A stretch of 59,701 nucleotides of DNA, filler included, from Jimgerdemannia flammicorona (lineage: Eukaryota): the NCBI GenBank assembly GCA_003990765.1. It is 3 parts of 3 records of this genome, joined end to end, with 100 filler letters (N's around TTAATTAATTAA, not from the genome) between each part and the next. Parts side by side here need not be neighbours in the genome. Positions count along the whole stretch, not along the records: positions 19,936 to 39,768 come from RBNJ01001838.1; positions 39,869 to 59,701 come from RBNJ01001839.1; 1 more part is not named here. The stretch is one strand, 5' to 3'. A model generated the notes under the pieces. That model was not told the origin of the DNA and did not search any database. It saw only the letters and a list, made by a program, of their open reading frames with translations. The position numbers were made by a program, and so were the translations under genes. Shown here piece by piece: positions 34,552 through 47,399 of this stretch. Numbering within the stretch: the stretch's first letter is position 1; each line of letters starts with the position of its first letter.

Positions 34552-35149
34552 TGTTTTGATAGAGGGATAGACTGGAGGAGAGGGTATACTTGTTGGTGAG
34601 GTTGCAAGTCTTAGACTAGACGCGAACGTTTTATAGGCCAGTCCTGGAGCGGAACCGGCGCTATATCTTCGGCGATGCCCCAATCCAGCCATCAGCGGGG
34701 GAAGCCATCACATAAAATTTTAGAGTAAGCTGTTTTCAGGACTGAAATGGAAGAACGGATCCGCTGAGATCTTTTATCAGTTGCTGTTACTGTTACACAA
34801 ACCGGGCCGGTTAATTATGAGGGGTTTCTATTTGCGGTACTTTAAACTCCGCTATTAAGGTGAAGGGGGCTTGCCCCGACCAGCGTAACCTTGCAAACTT
34901 CACCAACAAATGTACATTGTCTCTGTTCCCCAACCACTGCCTTTTATATTCGCAACTGACCCGTCTTAAGGGTAAGAACAACCGCCCAACTTCCCGCTTA
35001 TTTATGATGTTGCGCGCGATTTTGTGCCACTGGTTATGGAATCACTAGACGTCTGTACTTGTTACTATTTACAGAATGAAATAAGTAACAGTGCCCACAT
35101 ATCTTTTCTGTTTGCTGGCAATTCACAAATTGCCATGTCTTCCATGTCT

Positions 35150-36900
35150 CCATTTTAAACACCCAATCATCAAGCCTCCGATGCCCGTACCCAGCATATT
35201 CATGACGGGCGACAACGACGTCCACCCCCCATCGGCTCACCGGCGGACCCGCATACTCTCCTGCAACCTCCTTGAATAACACCGCTTCCTCACTCCGACT
35301 CCTTCTATCTGGAGGAGGAGTGGGGCGAATTCGTGCACCGGAAGAGGTGAAGCTCAAGCACAAGAGGAGCTTTACCTGGCTCGGAAGGATCGGGTTCGCC
35401 GCCAAGAGTATCGTATACGGTCTCATCGGCGGCATGACATGCGCAGGGGATTGCGAACGATAATGAATCGCCTCAGGTAAGCGTGGTGCTTTGAGCCATC
35501 GTGTAAAGTAGCGAAAATACAATCCGTGCCGAGATTGATCATGTCTTATTGGTTTCGTTACTCATGCATATTCACAAGGAGTTTTTATATTCATCGGTGA
35601 CTTGTAGTCATGTTCATTTCTATACTGTATGGCGATTGTGAGTTTCCTAGTCGCCTTGTAAACAGTCATATCTTCCGCGATAACCCATACTCACCAACGC
35701 TCCACCTCTTTTATCTAACAGCTAGGAAGTCATTACTGCCGAGGTGCTGACGCCTAATTCCCCGCCAAGAAGAATTTCTTCCGCTACCGCCTTTCTCCCT
35801 TCGTCAGCGACTGCGTCCACACGGACTATCTCTACTACATTGTCAAACTAATCCATGGCGCGCCAAAGCCGCACAGAAGCCGGCATCCCGGGTTGCTTCC
35901 CGTCCTGCTAGCGCGACTCTGGTTTAAGTCATACGGGGCTAGTCCTATTCGGCGTAGCCTTTAGAGGGTCGGGCGTCATGTTTTTCTGGTTCGTTTTCCT
36001 TGGGGTTTCGAGTAAGGATAGTGGGGGGTGATTCAGGAGTTGGTAAACCCAAGTCAAAAGACAAAGTAAATGATGTGCTTGGTTGGAATGGCAGAGGGAC
36101 GGGAAGTGAGAGAGAATTATGTATATACAGCAGCTCATATTCCATATCAAGACTACCGCATGATGCACGATGTCTATAGACACATGGTTTGCTAATCCAC
36201 CCACATGCCCATCAGCTCAACGACACATGGCAAGCTGCAGCATCGAAAACGCAGAGGATCGACAGTCTTTGATACACAACACTATACGTTACAAAATCAA
36301 TAGCCCAATAGATAAAATTATGTCGTGACGTTGGTTTTTTGTAACGCATAGTAACTATTTCGAAATCACGGAACAATTTCTCCCATGCACAAAGTAAATA
36401 TTACTTGTTTTGAAGTTGGCGAGGGGGTTGTGTGTACCTGCGCATGTCAGCTAATCAACGCGCTGACGGTGGGGTGGCACGCGTTAGGCACTCGCACCCA
36501 AGTACGGCGTCGACACGCTAGGCTACGCTGGGTTCCTCGCGTGTGCGGGAATGTTTCTGTTCGTCGCGGTGCTCATGTTCCGCACACCCAACTTGCTACG
36601 GCCCACGATCACCGGGCAGGTATTCATATTCGCGATCGGGTTGGAGTGACTTGTTCGCCATCCCGAATTTTGTGTACAAGTACTTCCCAACACCGCCACC
36701 GAGCAGGGAAAAAGATGGGAGTAGGGATGGGGAGGAGGAAGAGACAAGGAAACCGGGAATGTGAAGGAGGATGACAAAGTGGGCCGGGTATACGAATCAG
36801 CCAAAGTTGCCGTTCGAGATTGATTAGAAAGGGTATATGGAGGGGATAGAGATAAAGGAAAGACAAAGAGGAAAATGGACATGGTGGGGAAGAAGTAAAC
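35150..36900 (+). pseudogene. Third DUF1206-like copy, deleted and interrupted
   Basis: Colinear with 24488-26250 including introns (KHKRSFTWLGRIGFAAKSIVYGLIGGMTCA); frameshifts; foreign insert at 35962-36447. Confidence 0.9.
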
Positions 36901-37729
36901 CTCCAACAAGAATTATTTGCCTGCATGATATACATACTTAATTATCTGACTGCCGCACCCATACTTATTATTAGCTACGCCATTTCTCCAATTATTTCGG
37001 CCTGAAGTTTGACAAATAAAAGCTACCTTAATACATATTTAATGAGCGGTCAAAAGTTGAAGATGAATATAAATTCGAGAAAGGAACTGCAAGTCCACAC
37101 TTGGTAAGCTTAGACGTCGCGGCTCACGATGCTCAGTAGAATCTCTATGCAAATTCGATAATAATTAGGGATATCGAGGAGATTCGAGGGTACGGTACAA
37201 TAGCGTAACTCCCAGAGTCCAGCCTCTAAAGTCTGTCGAAGGTGGGTTTTGAAGCTAGTTTTGTGGGACCTAAAAGTTAACATGGCTTTTGAACACATGA
37301 TATAAGCGCAACGATAACGACGCCGCTTTAGTATTCGATGCAAACCAAGTTGACGTCGTCCAATGAAGATTTTTAATGCATGACATTTTGCTTTTATGAT
37401 AAATTAAAAGTAATTTAGGCGAGAAGCAAAGCTCAGACTGCCGAACATCTAATAGTAACGCTGCCGCTTGCTGGCATAGTTTAATTTTGACATATAGACA
37501 TGATACATTTAGCGACTGACAGCATAGACATATGGAAATACGGCACAAAGTTGAACGAAGTATATAAAAGTCGACTATATATATGTGTATGCATGTTTTA
37601 TTGCTCGACCACAAGACGAAATTATGTATCAGGGAGAAGGCATATTACGTTTCCATTGTACGTCAATTCGAGTATTGAAAAAATATGTAAGAAGCCAGTT
37701 CCCTCAATAAACGTTAAGGTTAACAACAG

Positions 37730-38833
37730 TTATTGCACGACAGGATGCGTTTCCTTGGTCTTGCAGCTGAATATCGTTTGGTTCTGTATCGACATCGAGG
37801 TTGAGGATGGAGTTGGTGCCGTTGCAGTCTCACAAGTTGAGATGTGTCTGCTGCGATAATATGCGCGAAGCCAGTCGATTGGACTATTGATATCATGGAT
37901 CTCCTGGGTGCCACTGTGCTCCATTAGATATTTTCGGTAGTGGTCGACTTCATGGCGCCTTTTGCCACAGAGCTTCGTGACAATATGATAAAGCTGCCTG
38001 TGAGCCTTCCACGCGATCTTATCATCTGAATCGGACAGATTGTTGCACAAACTATCGATGACGGTAGGATAGGTACTGTCCCCGAGACAAGCCCTGTCAT
38101 GTTTTTTGCAACCAGCACACGGAATACCTCCAAAACATCGCTTGGCTTCCTTCTTACACCAACTGCATGCCTTGCCCGGCCCAACTCTTTTCACTTTCTT
38201 CAAGGAGACGTGACGAGGACAGCGCTTCTTCCTACTCGAACAGTCCGGGCATTGCTTGTATTTCATAGGCGGTATTGCGGTGGAAGGTACAGTCGATGTT
38301 GGGGTCGAATCAATTTTAGAGGAAGGTGCCAAAGGAGAATTTTCGGTTGAGATAGTTGGCGATCGACTTTGTGTAGTTTCGTCGACTTGACAGGCAATCC
38401 AAGGCGTAGCAATACGAAGGTCTTCGCTAAATATGCTGGAGTAGTTGAGATCATCGGTTGTGGCGTTGGTTGGATTTCTCCATACAAAGTTGTCACTGGG
38501 CAAATCTACTGGCTGGCCCATTTGGTTAGTTGACTGTGACAGCGTCTCCTTAGTGGGCTCTGAATCGCACAGGAAGTATTCAGGCGGAAATGAGTGAAGC
38601 CCGGCCGTTTGTCGATGATCAGCGGCTTGACTAGGGGCAGTAATCGCCGAAGGACTGGGGTTATTTCTGGAGACGGTCGGGGCGAACGGAGAGATCTTGA
38701 TGAGGGGCGATATTATGTTCATGAACTCCGGTTGCGGTTCAAGTTGGGCTTGGAGGGCGTCCTCACCGTTAAAAAGAGCTAAACACATCGAACAGGTGCA
38801 GAGGAGGCAGGAGGTGTTGGAATAGGAAGACAT
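37730..38833 (-). CDS. Intronless Zn2Cys6 protein, paralogue C
   Basis: CSWCKKEAKRCFGGIPCAGCKKHDRAC; probable start ATG 38833 (MSSYSNTSCLLCTC); ORF open to 38887. Confidence 0.85.
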   Translation of the reverse strand: MSSYSNTSCLLCTCSMCLALFNGEDALQAQLEPQPEFMNIISPLIKISPFAPTVSRNNPSPSAITAPSQAADHRQTAGLHSFPPEYFLCDSEPTKETLSQSTNQMGQPVDLPSDNFVWRNPTNATTDDLNYSSIFSEDLRIATPWIACQVDETTQSRSPTISTENSPLAPSSKIDSTPTSTVPSTAIPPMKYKQCPDCSSRKKRCPRHVSLKKVKRVGPGKACSWCKKEAKRCFGGIPCAGCKKHDRACLGDSTYPTVIDSLCNNLSDSDDKIAWKAHRQLYHIVTKLCGKRRHEVDHYRKYLMEHSGTQEIHDINSPIDWLRAYYRSRHISTCETATAPTPSSTSMSIQNQTIFSCKTKETHPVVQ

Positions 38834-39768
38834 TTTTTTGATAATAGAGGTGTCAAGTGGAGGAAAGGTATGTTGGTGATGTTGCAAGTCTTGGACATTT
38901 ATAGGGTCAATTTGGCGGAACCGGTGCCAAAAAATAATCTTGGTTCCGACGTCGGAGGTAACTTTGTAAACTTTAAACCCATAAATGTAATCGCTTCGCC
39001 AAATGGAGCGATTCAGCGAGATATGTCATTTTAGAACACCCATCGATGACGTCATAAATTTCACCATCCACTCCACGAGACGGTTATGTCACCATGCATT
39101 TTGTCGAGTTTTAGGATCTCGAAATGGTTGGTGTCGATATTGAGATCAGAATCTAACCTCGAATTTCCAACAAGCTATATCATCAGAGTTAAGTTCTTAA
39201 TCACTTGAATTACTAACGCCGTTTTGCGTTTGTTCTTTAATTTCTGATATAATTTGTTATTAAAGCAGTTTCAGTGCACGACTTCTATTATTTCACCTAT
39301 TCGCTTTCCTCGCCTGGTATTAGAGAACCGATTTCTTCTGTAGATAATACCTATCAGTTTATATTTTGAATAAGCAGTTTTATGATGGTAGTGGTATTGC
39401 GAGTTTAAATTATTTTCCAACATGTCGATGCTTGGGGAGGAAAGAAACTGGAACGGAGGTTATAAGGTATGTCTTCTCCAGACTAGATTGCAAAATACCC
39501 ATGGCTTTCTTCATCAGACCTATTATTTTCGGCATTTGTGGTAGACCATTCGGCGAGTTCGGTGTCAGTATTCCGAAAACACGAAAGGAACGGCGGTTTC
39601 CTTTCTGTCACAATCAGCAGAATTCCGTGATTGCTGGTGGCACGAATGTCAACAATGTCGTACTATTGTATAAATGTAGCTTCCCTTCCACCTTGTATTT
39701 TTATTTTTTTTTTATTTTTTTATTTTTGTATAGCTTTTTTGTTGCTGCGGTATATCTCGAATCGAAAA

Positions 39769-39868
39769 NNNNNNNNNNNNNNNNNNNNNNNNNNNNNNNN
39801 NNNNNNNNNNNNTTAATTAATTAANNNNNNNNNNNNNNNNNNNNNNNNNNNNNNNNNNNNNNNNNNNN
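39769..39868. other. Assembly gap with artificial spacer
   Basis: 44 N + TTAATTAATTAA + 44 N. Confidence 0.99.
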
Positions 39869-42700
39869 CATCGCCACCCACCCACCACTTTGCTCACAGA
39901 TCCCTTCCACCAGACGGCGATGTCACCCACCTTGCAGCCCCCACCCAACCCACCACCCTGTCAGCAAATCTGCCACCAACTCCTCCCATCTCAATAACTT
40001 TTCCCGTATCCCTATCTGTTGCCCCTCCTCAAAAACAAAGAGCCAATGTCCAGCCAACCCCACCCACACTGCTACAACCCACCCTACAGTAAGCCACCTA
40101 TTGCTGACACCTCCCACAAGTCTAGATTCCAGATCTTCCCAGCGACCTCTCTCCCCAACTGGTCTCCTTTCAACCCCAAGGCAGTCCCCTACAGCTATCC
40201 AAAAGTCCCCCAGAACCTCACACTCCCCCAGCCAATGTTCTGGCATTTGCACGAAACCCCCAACTTGCCCAACATTATAACACTCCTCACAATCCAGCTG
40301 ACCCCCATCTACCAGATACCCAGCATGGAAGTTCAACATAACATTTCTCCGCAACATTCGCCACCACACTACCCAGAACTTGGGAGGAAGCCACTGCCGT
40401 ACCTCCATACTCCAAGACCATATCCCAGCCCAATCCCACTCTTCACCAATCCCCACCGCCTGCTAGCTACTTGGCCAAAGATCCTGGCCAATGTGCTACT
40501 AACACTCTACTCCATCTCTAATGTCAAACTCAGCTAGTGGAACTCCCCCTAGAAGCAGACAGTCCCATTGCCACATAGCTGGACCCCATACCTCCTCCCC
40601 CTCATTTCTACACCAGCGCAGGCCTATCTGGTGTGCCCCATCGACCACTCCCCACTAGAAGCCCTTATACCATAGCCGTCGGCTTCCATTTAGATCCACC
40701 AAAGAGAGTAGATCCCCTGTGGACCCCCGGGGGGAGACTCTCATCTCCCACACCTTCTTCATCAACAGCACCCAATCTCCACCCTGTAGATCAACAGCCC
40801 TTCTCAACCACCAAGCTCACAGGCAGTGTAGGCACTTGGGGAAATCAACAAGGCCCAGGCCTCCCCTAAGCACTGGCTCGACAAGGGTATCCCAACTGAT
40901 CTAGGCCCTTCTACCAGCCCAAATCCAATCCCTAGCCAGTTTCATCAGCCTCTTCACCACCCAAGCGGGAAAGTCTAAGTGATATACTACATACCACAGC
41001 TTGGGGAACTAGTATACATTCAGAATTGCCACCCTCTCCGCCAGGGAGATGTGACGACCCCCCCAGCCTTTAAGAGCCTCTCCCCAAATGGCCACCCTCC
41101 TCTCTCACCATATCTGTGGTAGGACTGATCCATATATAGAGAGGAAGATATCTAGGTACCACACCACCTCTCCTGTGGGGACAATTGTTCCAATGACATC
41201 CCCTCCCACTAGCCCATTCCCCAGCACCATTGTCTCACACTTATGCCAGTTGAGCTTTGCTCCAGAGTATACCTCATACCACTCCACTCTTTCCTGAAGA
41301 GCCTCTACATCTGCTATTGATCCAAGGCCAACTACCATATCATCTGCAAAGGCCCCCACCTTCCACTCTATGTCATATACAGAGAGCCCAGTCACCTTCT
41401 TACGGATCCTGTCCATCAAAGGTTCCAAGGAGAGTGCATAAAGGATAGGGGACAGCAGGTCCCCCTGAGGGACTCCTCTCCCCAAGAGGAATGCCAAACC
41501 CCTGTGACCATTACACATTAGTGCCGCTCGACTCCCTTCCAACAAACTCAACATAGAGGCCCGAAACTGTGGCGGAACGCCAATTCTGTCCAGTACCTTG
41601 CCCAACCAAACCTGCCAAACATGGTCATAGGCCTTCTCTTGATCCAAGAAAACCAGTCTCCCATCCAGTCCATAGGCCCAGGCTCCTTCAATAATGCCAT
41701 GCACCCAGGCAGTTCCATCTCTGATAAGTCTACCACCTACAAAGCCCCACTGCTCCTCTCCCAGCACCTGTTGAGCAACCTTCTGTAGCCTTGCAACAAT
41801 TACCTTAGCCACTAACTTCCGATCCATATCCAGCATCATGATTGGCCTCCAGTTCTTCCAATCCTCATGCCGGCCCTTATCTTTGTACAATAGGGCAACC
41901 AGCCCTAGGTCCTGCTCACCAACCCACATGCCATTCAGAAGAACATAGTCACAGAGGGCCACCATCTCACCCAGCATCCCTGGGACTTCCACCATCTTCT
42001 TCCAGAAGTCCCACGGTAACCCATCCTCTCCTGGCACTGTCCCAAGCTTAGTTGCTGCCAGGATATCTTATATCTTCTCCTCCTGGACAGGTAAGGTCAA
42101 GTCACCCAGCCCCTCTACCTGTGGTGGCTCCCACTCTTCCAGTGTGTCACCAATCACCTCTGCATCAGTACCCCCTTCTTCCTCACTCCACAGACCCCGC
42201 CAATTCTCCTTCAATACTCCCAGGATCTACTGCGTGCCATGCACCAACTCTCCCTCAGCATCCAAGATCCCATTCCACCTATGCCTCACCTGCCTGGCTT
42301 TGAGGAGCCTAGACAAGTATCTAGTAGGCCACTCTCCCTCCTCAAGCCCCTGCCATCTAAGCCTGACTGCCATACCTCACATATGAGTCTCCTCCTCCTC
42401 TCACAACACCTGTTGCAGTTCTACAACCTCCAATTTTGCCCTCACTAATCTCCAATCCTCCACCTCATCAGACGCAAGCAAATCTGTCTACTCCAACTGC
42501 AATCTCCTCAGCCTATTGGAGGCAGACTGTATTCACCTCCTCCTCCTTCTCCCTGCCTCCCTACCAGCTCCTCCCCAATAAACCCTCACAGCCTTCTTCA
42601 ATCTCATCCAATGGACACCTACAGATAAACCCTCCTACCTCCAAAATGGAATCTTTTCCTATATGTCTGCTACCCATGAGTCCCACAACCCCTTCTCGGC
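39869..42700 (-). mobile_element. Non-LTR retrotransposon ORF2 (L1/Tx1-like RT + C-terminal zinc finger), degenerate
   Basis: PGEDGL, KNWRPI, LDQEKAYD, GVPQGDLLSP, FADD and a C-terminal CEEC...EH...C; stops present. Confidence 0.92.
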
Positions 42701-42783
42701 CAGCAGGGAGGAGTTAAGGGGGTGGGATCATTGTAATTATATGGAATAGATGGGTATTAATAAAGGAAGGGAGTCCAAGTGAC

Positions 42784-42838
<55 letters not shown>
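42700..42838 (+). mobile_element. Retrotransposon 3' end with poly(A) signal and poly(A) tail
   Basis: G-rich segment, AATAAA at 42759-42764, 52-nt A run at 42787-42838, abutting an interrupted Gypsy RT. Confidence 0.75.
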
Positions 42839-42841
<3 letters not shown>

Positions 42842-45800
42842 ATCTTATTAAGTACTTGATCAATACACATATAAAGACTTCTATCCTTTTTATAGACAAA
42901 GAGGATTGGTGCACTATATGGTGATTTGGATAGATAGATGAGACCTTTACTTGTTAGTTTCACTAATTATTCCTTGAAGATCTCTAGTTCAGATTAGGCT
43001 AATCAGTAGATTTTATAGTAAGGAGAGTTAAAGTCAAGAATAGTTTCAATACTATATTCTACTGCTCAGACTAGTGGTAGTTCTTGGAGTTCATGGAAGA
43101 TGTTTTTATATTTCTTGAGTAATTCTTGGAGGTTGTCTTCTTCATTATTCTCATCTTTCAAAAGTTTTGAGAGTTCTTCATCATCCTTTTCTAGGATCTC
43201 CTTAACTGTATATATGTAGATATGCTGGTCTGGTTTTCAAATCAGCTTCTTCATTTGAATAGCAGAGATAATGTCACACCTAGGCTTCAATTTCTTTTTG
43301 GTATACTTAGATTATAACTGATACATATTTCTTAGAGAAATTGTATTGGTTTGCTAATTGAGTGGAGATTTTCCTGAATAAGCCAGGATTTTCTGAGAAT
43401 AAGATTGTATCCAGAGAGGTATATAATGTAGAAGGTTTGTCTTGTGATATAGTTTCCAAGTTGTTTCCAAGTTGTAGAAGTACATATATTTTTGTATATC
43501 TTAGAGAGTTTCTGTATTATTCCATTACTAAATATAGCAATGTTTTCTTTTGGATTTCTTTGTATCTTGAGGTAGAATTTGTTAGAAGTTTCTTAATCAA
43601 GGTAACATTTGCTTGCCCTACTATCAATCAGGACTTCAATTATATTTTCTTCAATTTTTCTTTATAGGCAGATATATTCTGTATTGGTTTCTTACCAGGT
43701 AGTAATTATTTCAGAAGTAATTTCTTCTTTTCAATCTTGTACTTCTCTATCTTTATCATTAATGTTCTTGATTTCCTCATCTCATCATTCTGGGATAGTT
43801 GGCTTATACTTCTTGAATTTAAGAACATATGTAATATATTCTGAAACAGTACATCTTTATTCTATGGAGATATTATCCTATAGAGATATATCTATCAGTA
43901 ATATACTAATACTATTTCTGGTCTCAATTTTGAGATTCTTCAATATGGACAATCTTTTGTATCTTAGTCTCTCCTTGGTCTTATCAGGGTGCTTTTCTGT
44001 TGATCTAAAGGCTTTCTTTCTTCTATTGAAAAGTGATAGGTCATTTTTTTCTTCTCTTTGAGATCATTATATATTACTTCAATAATAGCTTAGACAATTC
44101 ATTTTCTACATGTAATTTTGACAGCCTTTTGTCCAGTATTATATATATAGTAAAACCTTAATTTCACCTTTGAATTCTTGGTCTACAACTTCTCTAGCTA
44201 TGCAGAGTCTTTTTTTCTTGGCTAGGCTACTCTTTTCTGTAAGACAGATATAGGTTTCTTTTAGGACCTTTATTTCAATACCTGTGCTAATGCTTACTTG
44301 CTTGTCTTGTTTGATGGTTACTTCTATACTTGAGTAGAGGTCATAGCCAGCATCAGATTCATTATCTTGTCTGAGATCTTTACAGTAATATAGAATCTTT
44401 TAATCTTGATTTTCTCAGAGATTTCTTTATAATTATCTTCTATTATAGTAAAAGTGTGTGAGGAGGATGGTCCTTTATTGGTGTTGGTCTTCTTAGGATA
44501 TTTGTAAGATATGTGTCCTCTCTTTTTATAATAGAAATATACGTCCTTCTTTATAAGTTCTTCTATTTCCTTATTGAACAGTTTCTTAAATCCTCTTTAT
44601 AGTCTTATGGATTCATTCCAGAGTTTATACTTCTTCTCAAATTGGTATCATTTATCTCCTTTATTATTGCTTCTATTGTTTCTTGACCTTTGGACTGTAA
44701 GGATGATATGTACTCAGGTAATAGCTTATCCTAGGTATTATTATTCATATGGACAATCATAGAGTCATCCTTGCTCATAGATTTTTTCTGATAACTATCT
44801 AGAGATGACATCAAAGAAATAGATAGCTTAGGTTCTATTTTCTGTCTATTCTCAGTAACTATATTCTGCTCCTATAGTATTCAGGAGAGTTTTGAGTCTT
44901 GTAGCAAATGCTTTAAGATCTTCTTTTTCATTATTATAGAATTATAGATTCTTGAGCTTGGTTCTGGCTTTGGTAATGTAAGCAGAGCTACAGAACTATT
45001 GAATTGTTAACTCTTTTAGCCCTATAGTAGCTAAGTGGGCTTTATAGTCAAGATTATTATCATCTCCATCACTTGTAAGGATTTTGATATAGGTTTCCCA
45101 AGTGAGAGGATGTACTAGTAGATTGTACTACTACTGGATAGCTGTTTCTATCAAATATGTAGTGATCTTTTTCACCTGCAAGCTTATAATTGCATAGAGA
45201 TCTTCAATCTTATAGTGTATATTATTTTCAAGAATATTATCTGGACTTTAATTATTATTTCAACTATTAGTATGATAGTTAGTATTGACTTGACCTATGA
45301 ATTTTATTATTTGGTCTACTTTATCTTTAAATAAAGTAAGCCAGAGGCCTTTTGTAGACTTGTTTGTTTTGATACTAAGATAAAGAGCTTAAGTGAGTAT
45401 GGCTACTTAATCAGCCAATACTACTATCTTATCATCTGTTGATACTATTCTACTGTTTCTGTTATCTATTTAGTGAGATGGTTGAGGTTCTTCTCTCTCT
45501 ATTATTGTAAGGTATTGGTCACAGTTTGGAGCTGATTCTTTTATAATATTACTAAGATAGGTGAGCCTGTAGACTGGTAGTTTCAATGAGATGATTGTTA
45601 GATCTGTTGTAATCTTAGATAGATTTAATATCCTTAATAGTAGTTCTATGATAGTACTAGGACCACCAATATCAGGTTTAGGGGTTTTTTCAATTATTCT
45701 CCTTGATCTTGATACTATAAGAAGGGTTTTACTAGATCTAGTAACTTGTGGTTCTTATCACTAAATTATTATTGCTTATGTATGAAGAATTCAGTAGTAG

Positions 45801-46264
45801 AAGTGGGATTTCTTTTAGTAGGTATAGTATCTCTTATAGTTCAGAAAAGCCTTGGCTTTATAGTAGCAATTGTAGGAGATAGTTTAGAAAATGTTCAGTA
45901 ATAGCCTCATTGGATTCTTAGATATATTTTTTATAGAAGTGACTACCAACTAGGTTATTGAATCTCTTCTTGAGTTCTGGGATATAGGGGACAACTTTGT
46001 TGAATATAAAAAAGGTGTTGAATATCTTTTAGATGATTTTGTTATTGAGTTTATCAAACTTCTCTTGACTGGTGTGGGTTTCAGTTTACTCAGTGATAAT
46101 TCTGTTGGCTTCTTCAGCTTGAGTCTAAAGAATATCTAAGGTAAAAATATTTCTTGGCTATTGCTATTAATATTAGTGATATTGATCAGTATCTAGTTAT
46201 TTGTAGTAGATTCTTGAAAGAGGATTGCTCATAAGTAGAGAGAAACCATCTGCTGCTACCAAAT
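42839..46264 (-). mobile_element. Second, heavily decayed dUTPase-bearing Gypsy element (PBS-gag-dUTPase-PR-start of RT)
   Basis: PBS TGGTAGCAGCAG at 46261-46250; knuckle remnant ~44505-44545; dUTPase remnant DAGYDLYS..ISTGIEI..EKSSLA..VVDQEFKGEIKV at ~44150-44360; RT start SKSPYSAPILFV..MCID cut by the poly(A). Confidence 0.85.
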
Positions 46265-47399
46265 TATAATAAAACTATATATCAATAGAATTACTATATT
46301 GCAAATAATAAAGATAACTATTGGCCCTAAGTTCTGGATTCTTAAGAAAGTGCTAAATTCTGAATTATCTATTATAGCAAAGTTTAAGTATCACTTTTAT
46401 ATCTTGTCTGAGTATAGGAAGGCCATACTTATATCTCAAGTTGATTAGACTCAGAATTATTAACAAGTTAGATCTGAGGTTTCTGTAATAAAAATACTAC
46501 TTTATTCTTATATTTGGAGAAAATAGAGCTGAGATTACAATTTACTCAGTATAGAGAGTATTTATATATATTCAAAGCTATGACTAAATATAGTGTACTG
46601 TATGTCTATATATAGTTATATTACTTTGAGTAACTATGACTACTAGTCAGAAATTCTATAGGAAATTTCATAGAAATTTATATAGGAATTTCTATCAAAA
46701 ATTTCAGAGGCTTATAATGATTTATTATACCTTAGCTCAGATATATATATAGCAATTGAAAATAATTTTGCTTTATTACTGAAGAGGTAGGTACCAGTTA
46801 TTATACTTATTGTTACTAATCTATAAATAATATTATATATCAATACTAACTGAGATATAGAGATTATAATAGATATATTTATATAGAATTTTTGATTTTC
46901 TTTTTTATTAAAATATATTATAATAGTTAATCCGAATTAGGTATATAAATTAGAGAAATAGATATTTGATTATAGTACCTGAATCTGATTTTCAAATATA
47001 GTATAGTCTTATAAATAGTAGTTATTTCACAAATATCAAGATTTAATAGATGTTAAATTTTGACAATTGTTAAAATTTCACAGATATTAAGAATCTATAC
47101 ATACTTATAAAAGGTGACTCATAGAAAACATAGTCATATACATATAACTTAGCTATCTTATAGCTAGTAAACTTATATAAATATCTCTAATATCTAAAGT
47201 AAATAAACTTTAGATTGAAATAGTTCAAAGTAAAGAAAAAGCAGATATACTTTAAACTCACCTATTTCTATATTCTAAAGACTCTATAGAGTTAAAAAAA
47301 AAATAAGTTTTAAAATACAGAAATCTGACATACTTCTGAGATTAGGTATTTACTATATTATAACTTAGTACCTATTGATAATTTAAGATAAATATCTTA

